From: Gemmatimonas sp.
Lineage (GTDB): Bacteria > Gemmatimonadota > Gemmatimonadetes > Gemmatimonadales > Gemmatimonadaceae
Direction of reading: 5' to 3'
DNA: 64,000 nucleotides
Assembly: GCA_965279375.1 (NCBI GenBank)
Contig: OZ257156.1
Coordinates: forward strand, 1,024,001 to 1,088,000
The notes beneath the pieces were generated by a model. The model saw only the letters and a program-made list of their open reading frames with translations. It ran no database searches and had not been told where the DNA came from. Shown here piece by piece: positions 1-10,196 of this stretch. The position numbers and the translations under genes are program-made. Each line of letters begins with the position of its first letter. Positions within the stretch are counted from its first letter, which is position 1.

Positions 1-2
1 GC

Positions 3-359
3 ACGGCCGCAGCGATGCTCGAGCAGCTGCGTGGCGAGATCGTGAAGGGCGGCTTCCGTATGCAGGACACGTTCAACGAAGTGACGAACGACGGCAAAGT
101 CGAAGTGATGATCGGCTGTCACTCGGTGGGCGATCGCGGCCACGGCAGCGGCCCATCGATCGCGGCGTTCAATCCACGCCAGCTCACGTTCCCGATCAAG
201 GCGTTCAACCCCTTCTCCATCGAGCTGTTCGCCTGGACGCCAGCCCCCGAGTGGAACGGCGCCAAAGTGCGCATCCCGCTCGAGGACGACGCCATCGTCA
301 CGTCTCGCGGGGTGGAGTGGCTCTACCCCGTCAATTCGCGCATCCTGCTGGTGCGTTGA
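3..359 (+). CDS. M24 family metallopeptidase (Xaa-Pro aminopeptidase-like), C-terminal part; 5' end lies outside the window
   Basis: Frame is open from the window edge. Pita-bread-fold motifs GCHSVGDRGH, FSIE and PLEDDAIVT. Confidence 0.7.
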   Translation, partial: TAAAMLEQLRGEIVKGGFRMQDTFNEVTNDGKVEVMIGCHSVGDRGHGSGPSIAAFNPRQLTFPIKAFNPFSIELFAWTPAPEWNGAKVRIPLEDDAIVTSRGVEWLYPVNSRILLVR

Positions 360-384
360 TGCCGTCTCTCGCACGAAGCTGCGC

Positions 385-771
385 GTGAACCCGATCGAAC
401 TCGCAATTCGCGCAGCACGCACAGCGTCCAATCAGGCCATCGCTGCACGCGATGCGGATCTGGTGGTGACGTACATGTTGGCCGACGTCACGGTCGCAGT
501 CGCCGGTGGCCCCGTGCTCAAGGGCCACTCGGCGTCGCGAGACGCATTCGCTGAACAATTCGCTGATCGCAGCTTTGCGGGCTACGTGCGCGACCCGCAG
601 TCAGTCGTGGTGCAGGATCCGCCGACGCGTGCGACCGAACACGGACGCTGGACGGGTCGGTGGCGCACCGGGCTGCGCGAACAGCTGATGCAGGGGGAGT
701 ATGACGCCGAGTGGCGGTTGACGGATATGGGATGGCGTATCGCGTCTGAGGTGTATCGGTCGAGCCGTTAG
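385..771 (+). CDS. SnoaL/NTF2-like (DUF4440-type) protein
   Basis: 128 aa, GTG start. 'SNQAIAARD...G' N-terminus and 'GEYDAEWR...WRI..E' C-terminal strand pattern. Confidence 0.7.
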   Translation: MNPIELAIRAARTASNQAIAARDADLVVTYMLADVTVAVAGGPVLKGHSASRDAFAEQFADRSFAGYVRDPQSVVVQDPPTRATEHGRWTGRWRTGLREQLMQGEYDAEWRLTDMGWRIASEVYRSSR

Positions 772-785
772 GCGGCGGGGGTCAC

Positions 786-1247
786 GTGCGTTTGTTGTTC
801 GACACGCTGCTGCGGTTGCTCTTCCCCACATGGGCGTTCTTCGATGTGTCAGGCGCACCGCCGTCACTCGAGGTGCGTCGAATTGTCGCACCCGATGCGG
901 CCGGCGCGTGGGAGCCTGTCGTGCGTGCATCGCCGCGTCGTTGGTGGCATCTGTTCTACAATCCCGCCGGCACGTATACGCTCGCTGCGCAGACACTCGT
1001 GGAGCGGCTCTACACGGAATTGCGGGACGCTGAGGGCCGCCCGGTTGGTGCTGACGCCGCCGCTGCAGAGTCGCGAATGGCCGAAACGGAGGCGCTGGTA
1101 GCGAACCTCGCTGAATCGGTTCTGCTGGCGTCGTGGCGAGAAGACGCGCGCGCAAGCGGCAGCGCGAAGGCAACGTGGCAATGGCGCATCGTCGTGCGCG
1201 ACGGTGCTGACGATGCCGAGTGGTACCTCGGCGCCGTGCAGCGCTGA
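786..1247 (+). CDS. Hypothetical protein, putative SdpA/DUF5819-like partner of the HTTM protein
   Basis: 153 aa with N-terminal 'LFPTWAFFD' motif. Its stop overlaps the next start (TGATG). Confidence 0.55.
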   Translation: MRLLFDTLLRLLFPTWAFFDVSGAPPSLEVRRIVAPDAAGAWEPVVRASPRRWWHLFYNPAGTYTLAAQTLVERLYTELRDAEGRPVGADAAAAESRMAETEALVANLAESVLLASWREDARASGSAKATWQWRIVVRDGADDAEWYLGAVQR

Positions 1248-2032
1248 TGGTCGAGTTGGCGCTCCCGGCAGTGCTCGCGATCGCGACGCAATGGAGCGCG
1301 CGGATCGCTGCCGTCGCCGTCGCCGTTAACGCAATTGAGATGTTGTCGTTGCGTAGTGCGTTCGGAGTGCGCGGCGTCTGGCGTGACGAAACACTGTCGG
1401 CATCGTGGGGAGTATTTGGCGCGGTGCTGCGTGCCGAAAGGTTTCGTCTGCTGCTGGCGGGGCAGCTGCTCGCGGCGGTTGGACTTCTTGCGCTTGCCGG
1501 CACGCGTGCGGGTGGTGTGTGTGCCGTGTTGTGTGGGATTAGTACCGTGCTGTGCGCGATGCGCTTTCGCGGCACGGTGAATGGCGGCAGCGATGGGATG
1601 CTCTTCACGGTGCTCGTCGGACTATCGCTCACGCAGCTCGCGCCCGAAGGCTCCATGGTGGGTGAGGCGGGCATGCTCTATGTCGGCGCGCAGCTCGCCC
1701 TGTCGTACCTGCGCGCAGGATGGGTGAAACTGCGCGAGCTGGGGTGGTGGAATGGGCGCTCCATGGCGGCGTTCCTTTCGCTGCCCGCCTATGGCACACC
1801 GATGTGGGTGCCGAGGCAGCGCCGTGTGCTGCAGCTCGCTGGGATGGGAGTGGTTCTGTTTGAGTGCCTGGCGCCCTTCGCGCTGCAGAGCCCGCGTTCC
1901 AGTGTGCTCTTCATCGGCTTTGCGCTGTGCTTCCATGCCGCCGTCGCGGTGGTCTTCGGCCTCAACCGGTTCCTGCTGGCGTGGGGGGCGGCGCTCCCGA
2001 CGCTCTGGTACCTGGCGCACCGGGTGGGATGA
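1247..2032 (+). CDS. HTTM-domain membrane protein (SdpB / vitamin K-dependent carboxylase-like TM domain)
   Basis: Multiple TM helices with NGGSD, Q....YLRAGWVKL...WWNG, V.FE and FH......GLNRF motifs. ATG overlaps the upstream TGA. Confidence 0.75.
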   Translation: MVELALPAVLAIATQWSARIAAVAVAVNAIEMLSLRSAFGVRGVWRDETLSASWGVFGAVLRAERFRLLLAGQLLAAVGLLALAGTRAGGVCAVLCGISTVLCAMRFRGTVNGGSDGMLFTVLVGLSLTQLAPEGSMVGEAGMLYVGAQLALSYLRAGWVKLRELGWWNGRSMAAFLSLPAYGTPMWVPRQRRVLQLAGMGVVLFECLAPFALQSPRSSVLFIGFALCFHAAVAVVFGLNRFLLAWGAALPTLWYLAHRVG

Positions 2033-2189
2033 GTCGGCCCGCGCCGTCCACCGGCGCAGTCCAACTGCGATGTCGATCTCGCGCCAAACGTCATCGGGAC
2101 GCATCGTTCTGAGCCACAGTGCTGTTGATCGCAGCTTCGCTTCCCTCCCCAGCACCTCCTCCGCACCTCCTCCCGCCGGAGTCCAGCCG

Positions 2190-3155
2190 ATGTCTGCCTC
2201 GCCATCCTTGCGTCCATCCCTCGCTCGTGCGCTGCCAGTCGCGGGCACGTTGCTCGCACAGGCGCTGCTCGCTGCCGCGCTCGTTACTCCGCTTCAGGCG
2301 CAGAACGCGCCCGCACCAGCAGGGCGCAACATGGGTGGCGGCAACTGCGCCAACAACGCGTACAACTGCGCCGATGCGACCAATCCACTGCCGACAGCCA
2401 ACACGGTGTGGCTGGAAGAGATGACGTGGATGGATGTGCGCGATGCGATGAAGGCGGGCAAGAAGACGGTGATCATCCCCACGGGCGGCATCGAGCCGAA
2501 TGGACCGTGGCTCGTGCTCGGCAAGCACAACTACGTGTTGCACACGAACTGCGAAGCGATTGCCCGCAAGATGGGCAACGCGCTGTGCGCGCCGATCGTG
2601 AAGTTCGTGCCGGAAGGCGGATTCGAGCCGCCCACTGGGCACATGGCCTCGCCGGGCACGCTCACGTTGCGCGAGGCGACGTTCCGCTCCCTGCTGACGG
2701 ATCTGTTGGCGAGCCTCAAGGCGCACGGCTTCGAAACGATGATCCTCATCGGCGACAGCGGCGGCAATCAGGGCGGACAGCGCGCCGTGGCCGATTCGCT
2801 CACAAAGTCGTGGGGCGGAGCGCCGATCGTCGCACACATCCAGGAGTACTACGACTACGCCAGCGCAGCGGCCTACATGAAGGAGCATGGCATTGTCGAT
2901 GGCGCTGCGGAGAATCTGCACGACGATCCAATCATCTCGCTCAACATGTTCATCGACGATCCACGCTCGATTCGCTACGATGAACGGGTGAAGACGGGCA
3001 AGGCGAGCATCAACGGCGTCTCCCTGGCCGACAAGAAGAAGAACACCGAGCTGGCCAAGCAGATCGTCGAGTTCCGCGCCAGCACCACGGTGGAAGCCAT
3101 CAAGAAGGCGATTGCCAACAAGGGCACGTTGCCGGCGCCGCCGCGCCGTCCCTGA
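2190..3155 (+). CDS. Secreted creatininase-family protein
   Basis: LEEMTWMDV, IPTGGIEPNGP, PGTLTL and GDSGGN motifs. Hydrophobic N-terminus ending LQA-Q resembles a signal peptide. Start chosen at ATG 2190. Confidence 0.75.
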   Translation: MSASPSLRPSLARALPVAGTLLAQALLAAALVTPLQAQNAPAPAGRNMGGGNCANNAYNCADATNPLPTANTVWLEEMTWMDVRDAMKAGKKTVIIPTGGIEPNGPWLVLGKHNYVLHTNCEAIARKMGNALCAPIVKFVPEGGFEPPTGHMASPGTLTLREATFRSLLTDLLASLKAHGFETMILIGDSGGNQGGQRAVADSLTKSWGGAPIVAHIQEYYDYASAAAYMKEHGIVDGAAENLHDDPIISLNMFIDDPRSIRYDERVKTGKASINGVSLADKKKNTELAKQIVEFRASTTVEAIKKAIANKGTLPAPPRRP

Positions 3156-3203
3156 GCACGTCGCGAATCCAACGCTTTTCATTTACGCAAGCACTCGTCA
3201 CTC

Positions 3204-3593
3204 ATGCGCATTTCCCTCAGCAGCATCACGGTCACCGATCAGGAAGCGGCGCTCATCTTCTACACGGATGTGCTGGGCTTCGAGAAGTGCAACGACATTC
3301 CGATGGGCAAGTACCGCTGGCTCACGGTGACCTCGCCAGAGGGTGTGGATGGTGTGGAACTGGTGCTCGAGCCACTCGGCTTTCCGCCGTCGCGCGAGTA
3401 CCAGAAAGCGCTGTACGACGCGGGCATTCCGGCCACGGCGTTTCTGACCTCCGATATCGCGGCCGAGTACGCACGGCTGACGATGTTGGGTGTGAATTTT
3501 CGCAGTGCGCCGATCGAAATGGGTCCGATCACGACTGCGATCTTCGACGATACGTGCGGGAATCTCATCAACCTCGTCCAACCGTCCGTCTGA
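3204..3593 (+). CDS. VOC/glyoxalase family protein
   Basis: 129 aa with V.DQ.AAL.FYT.VLGF, RWLTV.SP and FDDTCGNLI.L motifs. Confidence 0.9.
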   Translation: MRISLSSITVTDQEAALIFYTDVLGFEKCNDIPMGKYRWLTVTSPEGVDGVELVLEPLGFPPSREYQKALYDAGIPATAFLTSDIAAEYARLTMLGVNFRSAPIEMGPITTAIFDDTCGNLINLVQPSV

Positions 3594-3613
3594 TTTCCCG
3601 CTACTCGCGCGCC

Positions 3614-6348
3614 ATGAGCGCGCTCCGAATGACGCGCGTGCACTCCGCAGTAGTGGTAATGGTCGCCGCAGCTTTGAAGGCGACGATCCTCGCGGTCGCG
3701 GTGTCGGCTGGCGCATACGCGCAGTCGGCACCGCGCGCAGGCGCGACGGATGACGCCTCGCGCGCCGCGCCTTCGCTGCGCGCCGCGTGGGTGACGACTG
3801 CACCACGCATTGATGGCAAGCTCGATGACGCCGCATGGCGCACGGCGGATGTCGCAACGGACTTCGTGCAGCGCGTGCCAGTGGGCGGCGCCGCAGCTTC
3901 GCAACGCAGCGAAGTGCGCGTGGTGTACGACGAGGCCGCGATTTACGTTGGCGTGCGCAACTGGGATACGGCCCCGGACTCCATCGCGCGTCAACTTGGA
4001 CGACGCGATCCCTTCGACATCTTCTCCGACTGGTTTGTCGTCGGCTTCGACAGCTACGGCGATCGCCGAACGGGCTTCATCTTCGGTGTGTCGCCGCGCG
4101 GCGTCTTGCGGGATTCTTACATCTCCAACGACGGCGATGAAGACGATTCCTGGGACGCGGTGTGGAATGTCGTCGCGCAGATCGACAGCGCTGGGTGGAC
4201 GGCAGAGCTCCGCATTCCGCTCTCACAGTTACGGTATGACGTGAAGGGAAGCGTGGGCGCCGTTCGTCCATGGGGGATCAACTTCGCGCGCGAAATCGCG
4301 CGGCACGGCGAGGAGTCGCTGTGGGCACCGACGCCGGCCAACGCGCCGGGCATCATCTCCCGCTTCGGCACGCTCACCGGTCTCGATTCATTGCGTGCGC
4401 CGTCGCGAGCGGAGCTGTTGCCCTATGTGCGTACGCAGCTCGAAGCGCAGCCGTCGAGCGCTCAGAATCGCTTCGTGCCTGCGCGCCAAGGCGCGGTTGC
4501 GGCCGGTGCTGATCTGCGCGTGAAGCTTCCGCAGTCGATGACGCTGACGGCCACACTCAATCCGGATTTCGGTCAGGTCGAGGCCGATCCCGCCGTCGTG
4601 AATCTCTCCGCGTTCGAGATCTTCTTTCAGGAACGCCGTCCATTCTTTCTCGAGAACGCCGATGCATTCTCGTTCGGTCGGACGCGCACCAGCAACGACA
4701 ATGATCCACCCACGTTCTTCTACAGCCGGCGTATCGGTCGTGCACCGCAGCGCGCACCTGTAGGCAGTGATCTCGAAGCGGTTGGCATCGCCTCGCGCAC
4801 ACCGATCGCCGGAGCGCTCAAACTCTCAGGGACGACGCCGTCTGGGTGGCAGATCGGACTGCTCAACGCGCTGACGCCGCGCGAGTACGCCGATGTACAG
4901 CGTGCCGGCGATCGCATCAGCCGCGAGCCGGTGGAACCGCGCACCAACTACAACGTGACGCGCGTGCGTCGCTTGTTGCGTGGCGGAAACACAGGCATCG
5001 GCGTGTTTCTCGCCGATACTCGCCGAACGCTCAGCGATTCCCTGCTGTCGGCCCGCCTCGCATCATCGGCAACGATTTCAGGATTGGATTGGGAGCACGC
5101 CTGGCAGCGCCGCACGTGGACGGTGAGCGGTGTCTACGCACAGAGTACGGTCCGCGGAGCGCGTGGAGTGATCACGCGTTGCAGCGCGCGCCGTATCGCA
5201 GCTTCCAGCGCCCGGACGCGGACCATCTCTCGCTCGATTCCGCGCGCACGTCCATTGGCGGCAGCTACGGCGCGTTCTCGCTGGCCAAGACGGCGGGCGA
5301 TCGGCTCATCGCCTCGGTCACGTATGAACAGACATCACCGGGATTCGAGGCGAATGATCTGGGGTTTCAGGTGCGCGGCGACCTACGCTCAGTTTCTACG
5401 GCCGTCCAGTATCGCAACCCGACGCTCTCGTCGTGGGCGCGCGAATGGTCGGCGTCGCTCTACTCCACGATCAGCGACAACTTCGGTGGCGATCGCATCG
5501 AGGAGCGGGTCTCGTGGTTCGGCAACGTGACGCTACTCAACTTCTGGGAGCTGGGCACGTTCGGCTCGTTGTCGCCACAGGTGATCAACGATCGCCTGCT
5601 GCGTGGTGGCCCATTGGCGCAACGCCCGACGGCGTTTCGTCAGCAGTTCAGCATCGAGAGCGACTATCGAAAACCACTGTCGGTGAGCGTGGACGCGTTG
5701 GTTGGGTCGGACGCGAGCGGTTTTCGTTCGCGCAACATCGGTCTGTCGGTCGAATGGCGTCCACTCTCGCAGGCGCGCCTGCGGCTTGGTCCGTCGGTGC
5801 AGTCGGCGCACAGCACCGATCAGTACATCGATGCCATCGCCGATCCGCTGGCGACGATGACGTATGGGCGGCGCTACGTTTTTGCCAACGTGCGCCAACG
5901 CGAAGTGCGCCTCGACACGCGCATCGACTGGACGTTCTCGCCGTGGCTTTCCCTGCAAGTGTTCCTGCAGCCCTTTGCCTCTGCCGGCGAGTTCACACGC
6001 TTCAAGGAGTTCACCACGCCGCGCCGGTTTGCGTTCGCGGAGTATGGCGTGGATGCGGGCACGATCGCGAATACGCCCAACGGCTTTGTGGTGGATCCGG
6101 ACGGCGCGGGACGCGCGCAGCCGTTCGCCGTCGCGACGCAGGATTTCACCGTCCGCGCGCTGCGCGGTAACGCGGTGCTGCGCTGGGAGTACAGCCCGGG
6201 TTCGTCGCTGTTTCTGGTCTGGTCACAGCAGCGGGAACAGGCGCTCGACGATGCGCAATTCGACGTGGGCCGTCAACTGGGTCGCGCGTTCGCGGATCCC
6301 GGACAGCACGTGTTCCTGATCAAGTTCTCGCGGTGGATCGGGCGGTAG
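3614..6348 (+). pseudogene. CBM9-like + DUF5916 secreted/outer-membrane protein split by a 1-bp frameshift near 5176 (pseudogene or sequencing error)
   Basis: One frame carries P.IDG.LDD..W, NPDFGQVEAD, FFQERRPFF and FYSRRIG. The C-terminal half (LRWEYSPGS.LFLVW) continues in the ORF ending at 6348. Adding one G at ATCACG^CGTTG joins them as VITALQRAPY. Confidence 0.8.
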
Positions 6349-6378
6349 TTTCCGTCCACCGCGCTCAACGTACCGCGC

Positions 6379-7101
6379 TCAACGCATCGACGACGGCTTG
6401 AGTCCCAACGCGCCGTTCAACCAGCGAATGAACGGTGCCATCGCTGCGAAGTGCTTGCCGAGCGTATCGGGCAGCTTCGCGCTCTGAATCTCGTCGTTCG
6501 TGAGCTCGCGTCCTGCGGTGAACGACTGATGCCGGAGCCATGTGCCTGCCGGATGCTCCGGATCGAAGCCACGCGGCATGCGCGTAAGCATCGCCTCGGG
6601 ATCGAGTGCACCGAAGCGCCGCTTGAAGCCGGGGGACAGCACGATCTCCTCGAAGCCTTCCTGATCGTCCGCCAGCGACTGACGAATCTTGTTGAGCGCT
6701 GGGCGCGGCGGCATCCAGATGCCACCGCCGCAGAAGGAGCCCGTGGGCGCCATGTGGAAGTAGAAGCCTGCCCCGCCATGCGCCGCGTCACCACCGACGC
6801 CATGCCCCGCGTCGCGATGAAAGAACCAGCAGGCCACGTGCGTCTTGTACGGCGACTTGTCCTTGGAGAAGCGCACGTCACGATGAATGCGGAACGACGA
6901 CTTCTTGGGCGAGCCGATGATCTCCGGCGTGCTCGTGGCGAGCCGCACGTCCACCTCCTCGATCAGCTGCGCGAGAGGCTGCTTGAGGAACTGCTCGTAC
7001 TCGCCGCGATGCTCCTCGAACCATTCCTTGCGGTTGTTCTTCGTGAGTCCACGCAGGAACGTCATCGCCTTGGGAGAGAAGCCGCCGAACTTGTCGCTCA
7101 T
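6379..7101 (-). CDS. DUF2461 (TIGR02453-like) family protein
   Basis: FL..L..NN.KEWF.EHR..Y, FRIHRDVRFSKDKSPYK and GG.W.P motifs. Start at ATG 7101. Confidence 0.9.
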   Translation of the reverse strand: MSDKFGGFSPKAMTFLRGLTKNNRKEWFEEHRGEYEQFLKQPLAQLIEEVDVRLATSTPEIIGSPKKSSFRIHRDVRFSKDKSPYKTHVACWFFHRDAGHGVGGDAAHGGAGFYFHMAPTGSFCGGGIWMPPRPALNKIRQSLADDQEGFEEIVLSPGFKRRFGALDPEAMLTRMPRGFDPEHPAGTWLRHQSFTAGRELTNDEIQSAKLPDTLGKHFAAMAPFIRWLNGALGLKPSSMR

Positions 7102-7103
7102 CG

Positions 7104-7943
7104 TCAGGCCTTGCTGTCGGCAGGAAACAGGAACTTGAGGAACAACCCTGTGCGCTCGCCCCACGCTCGCTCATCGTGACGAGCACCTTCCGCCTCGAGG
7201 TACTGCAAGTTCACGCCGGGCGTCCACCCTTTGCGAATCAGCATGCGGTGCAACAGCTGCGTGCCCTTGAGCATGCGCGGCTCACCGGTGCCCACGTCCA
7301 GCCAGATCGACAACGCCGGGCGAACCTCGCTGCTCGCCACCAACGATCGCACGATCCATCGATCGTCCCACCACACCGAGGGTGAGAGCAACGCGAGCTT
7401 GCCGAATATCGCTGGATGCGTCAACCCAAGATGCAGTGTGAGGAGCCCGCCAAGGGAACTGCCGGCGAGCCCGGTGTGCTGCGCGCCGCGCTTGGTGCGA
7501 TAGCGATGATCGATGAACGGCTTGATCTCGTAGACGAGCATCTGTCCGTAGCGATCGGCCATACCGCCGGCATCGTGGTTGGAATCGCGCGTGGGCGTGT
7601 ACTCGTCGATGCGATCTCGCCCCGCATTGCCGATGGCCACGATAATGATTGACTCGACGATGCCCGCGTTGATCAGTGCGCGTGCTGTCGTGTCCACGCC
7701 CCACTGCACGCCGAACGGCGACATCGGCAGATCGTCGAACACGTTCTGTCCGTCGTGCAGATACAGCACGGGATACCTGCGATCCGGCTCGTGCTCGTAG
7801 TTCGGCGGCAGACAGACGACGAGATCGTGTGCGTGCGGGACAAATCGCGACCGCACATCGGGAAAATGCTCCAGCGAACCAACGCGCCGTGCTTCGAGCG
7901 GTTGGCTGGCGAGGTCGTCGGGCACTCCGGCGTGTATCGTCAT
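7104..7943 (-). CDS. Alpha/beta hydrolase (putative esterase, Fes/IroE-like)
   Basis: YPVLYLHDGQNVF, nucleophile elbow GSSLGG and H.E.AW motifs. Confidence 0.85.
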   Translation of the reverse strand: MTIHAGVPDDLASQPLEARRVGSLEHFPDVRSRFVPHAHDLVVCLPPNYEHEPDRRYPVLYLHDGQNVFDDLPMSPFGVQWGVDTTARALINAGIVESIIIVAIGNAGRDRIDEYTPTRDSNHDAGGMADRYGQMLVYEIKPFIDHRYRTKRGAQHTGLAGSSLGGLLTLHLGLTHPAIFGKLALLSPSVWWDDRWIVRSLVASSEVRPALSIWLDVGTGEPRMLKGTQLLHRMLIRKGWTPGVNLQYLEAEGARHDERAWGERTGLFLKFLFPADSKA

Positions 7944-8007
7944 CGCGTTCGGAACGTAATCTCCTGCACCACGCAACGCAGAGCCCTGACGATCCTCCGG
8001 CAACGAC

Positions 8008-8997
8008 CTACGACGGCACGACGAGATCCGGCGGCACCTGTCCTGCAACGAACGCGTCGATGTTGGCCAATGCGCGCATTCCCATCGCCGTACGTGTCTC
8101 CATCGTACCGCTCCCCTGGTGCGGGAGCAGCACAACGTTCTCCAGCTCCTTCAGTTCCGCCACCACCGACGGCTCGAACTCGTACACATCGAGCCCGGCG
8201 CCCGCGATACGCCGCTCGCGCAACGTGGCCGCGAGCGCGTACTCATCCACGATGTCACCGCGAGCGGTGTTGATCAGATACGAACTCGCGGGCATCATCG
8301 CCAAACGCTCGGCGTTGATGAGATGGCGCGTATCCGCCGTCGCGGGGCAGTGCAGCGACACCACGTCGGCGCGTGCGAGAAGCTCCTCCACCGAATCGAC
8401 CCGCACCGCACCGGCGGGTCCTGCCGTCGACGGATCATCGATCTTTGGCGTACGTGGCGCGTAGTAGATGATGTGCATGCCAAGTGCGTCCGCCGCACGA
8501 CGCGCGACGGCGCGCCCGATGCGGCCGTAGCCGATGATGCCAAGCGTTTTGCCACGCGGGCTGCGCCCGATCATGTGCGTGGGACGCCAGCCGGACCACG
8601 CACCACTGCGCACATGGCGCTCGCCCTCACCGAGGCGACGCATGCTCATGAGAATGAGCGCCAGCGCAACATCGGCCGTGTCCTCGGTGAGAACGTCCGG
8701 CGTGTTCGTCACCGCGATGCCCGCCTGCGCCATCGCCACGCGATCGATGTGATTGACGCCAACACCAAAGTTGGCGAGCAGCCTCACGCGCACACCGCTG
8801 CCGCTCACGTGCTCCGCACGAATCTTGTCGGTGACAGTGCAGAGCACGATGTCCACCTGACGCATGAGCTGCGTCAGCCCTTCGGTACTGAGCGCGATAT
8901 CCGTGCGATTGAGCCGCACATCGTATCGTTCGGCGACGGCCGCCTCGACCTCCGGCGTCAGCTTGCGCGTGATCGCGACGACCGGGCGATCGCTCAC
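8008..8997 (-). CDS. D-isomer-specific 2-hydroxyacid dehydrogenase (glyoxylate/hydroxypyruvate reductase, GyaR-like)
   Basis: GVGVNHID, TNTPDVLT, G.GRIG, INTARG, AGLDVYEFEP and LPH motifs. Confidence 0.9.
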   Translation of the reverse strand: MSDRPVVAITRKLTPEVEAAVAERYDVRLNRTDIALSTEGLTQLMRQVDIVLCTVTDKIRAEHVSGSGVRVRLLANFGVGVNHIDRVAMAQAGIAVTNTPDVLTEDTADVALALILMSMRRLGEGERHVRSGAWSGWRPTHMIGRSPRGKTLGIIGYGRIGRAVARRAADALGMHIIYYAPRTPKIDDPSTAGPAGAVRVDSVEELLARADVVSLHCPATADTRHLINAERLAMMPASSYLINTARGDIVDEYALAATLRERRIAGAGLDVYEFEPSVVAELKELENVVLLPHQGSGTMETRTAMGMRALANIDAFVAGQVPPDLVVPS

Positions 8998-10160
8998 GCC
9001 GGCACGCGCCAGTGCGAGAGCGCCGCGCCGACACCGCTGCCGAGCGTGAGCGGCACACCCACGTCGGCGAGTGCCATCTCAACACCGCTCAGCGCCGCAG
9101 CGAGTGTGAGCGCGTTGGTATCACCGAGATGTCCGATGCGGAACACCTTGCCGGCAACCTCGCCAAGTCCCGCGCCGAGCGAGATGTCGTAGCGCTTGAA
9201 CGCCACGTCCACCACCTTCGCGGAATCGATTCCCTCGGGCATCACGACTGCGGTGAGCGTGTTGGACTCGATCGACGTGTGACGCGCACACGGTGCGAGT
9301 CCCCACGCGCGCACTGCGGCGCGCACACCCGTCGCCAGGCGCTGGTGACGCGCTGCAACGTTGGTCATCCCTTCTTCGAGCAACATCGTCAGCGACTCGT
9401 CGAGTCCGAAGAGCAGCGACAGCGCCGGCGTGCTGGGGAAGTATCCGTTGGCGTTCTGTGCGCGCATGGGGCGCAGATCGAAGTAGGCACGCGGCGTAGT
9501 TGCCGCATCGATCCGACCCATCGCCTTTTCGCTCACATACAGAATGCCCAGACCACCGGGCAGCATGAATCCTTTCTGCGAGCCGGTGATGGCGAGATCC
9601 ACACCCCACGCATCAAACTGAAATTCGAGACTCGCGATGGAGCTCACGCCGTCCACATACAGCAGCGCCGGATGCTGCGCGCGATCCATCGCTGCGCGCA
9701 CGGCGGCCACGTCGCTGGTAACACCGGTGGCCGTTTCGTTGTGCACCAGCAGCAACGCCTGATACTCGTGTGCGCTGTCGCCGCGCAACGCTTCCTCGAT
9801 CTTGTCCGCCGGCGCGCCCTCACCCCACGGCACTTCGATCACGTCCACCTGATAGCCGAGCGCGCGCGCGGTGGCGATGAAGAGGTGCGAGAACTGACCG
9901 AAGCGTACCGCGAGCAATCGTGCGCCGGGATTGAGCGTGTTCACCATCGCCGCTTCCCACATCGCCGTACCCGACGCCGGAAAGACGAACGCCTGGCCAT
10001 TGGTCTGGTTCACGATCTGCGGCAACCGCGACAGAATCGAACGCGTCAGCTCGGGAAACGCCGAGGAGCGGTGGTCTTCCTGCTGGCGGTGCATCGCGCG
10101 CAGCAGGCGATCGGGGACCGGGGTCGGACCCGGAATCTGAAGAAAGTGCCGTCCCGGCAT
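8994..10160 (-). CDS. Class V PLP aminotransferase, serine/alanine-glyoxylate aminotransferase (SgaA-like)
   Basis: GRHFLQIPGPT, HNETATGV, VDGVSS, GSQKG (PLP lysine) and FRIGHLGD motifs. Confidence 0.9.
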   Translation of the reverse strand: MPGRHFLQIPGPTPVPDRLLRAMHRQQEDHRSSAFPELTRSILSRLPQIVNQTNGQAFVFPASGTAMWEAAMVNTLNPGARLLAVRFGQFSHLFIATARALGYQVDVIEVPWGEGAPADKIEEALRGDSAHEYQALLLVHNETATGVTSDVAAVRAAMDRAQHPALLYVDGVSSIASLEFQFDAWGVDLAITGSQKGFMLPGGLGILYVSEKAMGRIDAATTPRAYFDLRPMRAQNANGYFPSTPALSLLFGLDESLTMLLEEGMTNVAARHQRLATGVRAAVRAWGLAPCARHTSIESNTLTAVVMPEGIDSAKVVDVAFKRYDISLGAGLGEVAGKVFRIGHLGDTNALTLAAALSGVEMALADVGVPLTLGSGVGAALSHWRVPA

Positions 10161-10196
10161 GGCTCTCGAGTGTGAAGTAGAGGAAGGAGTGCGCGT

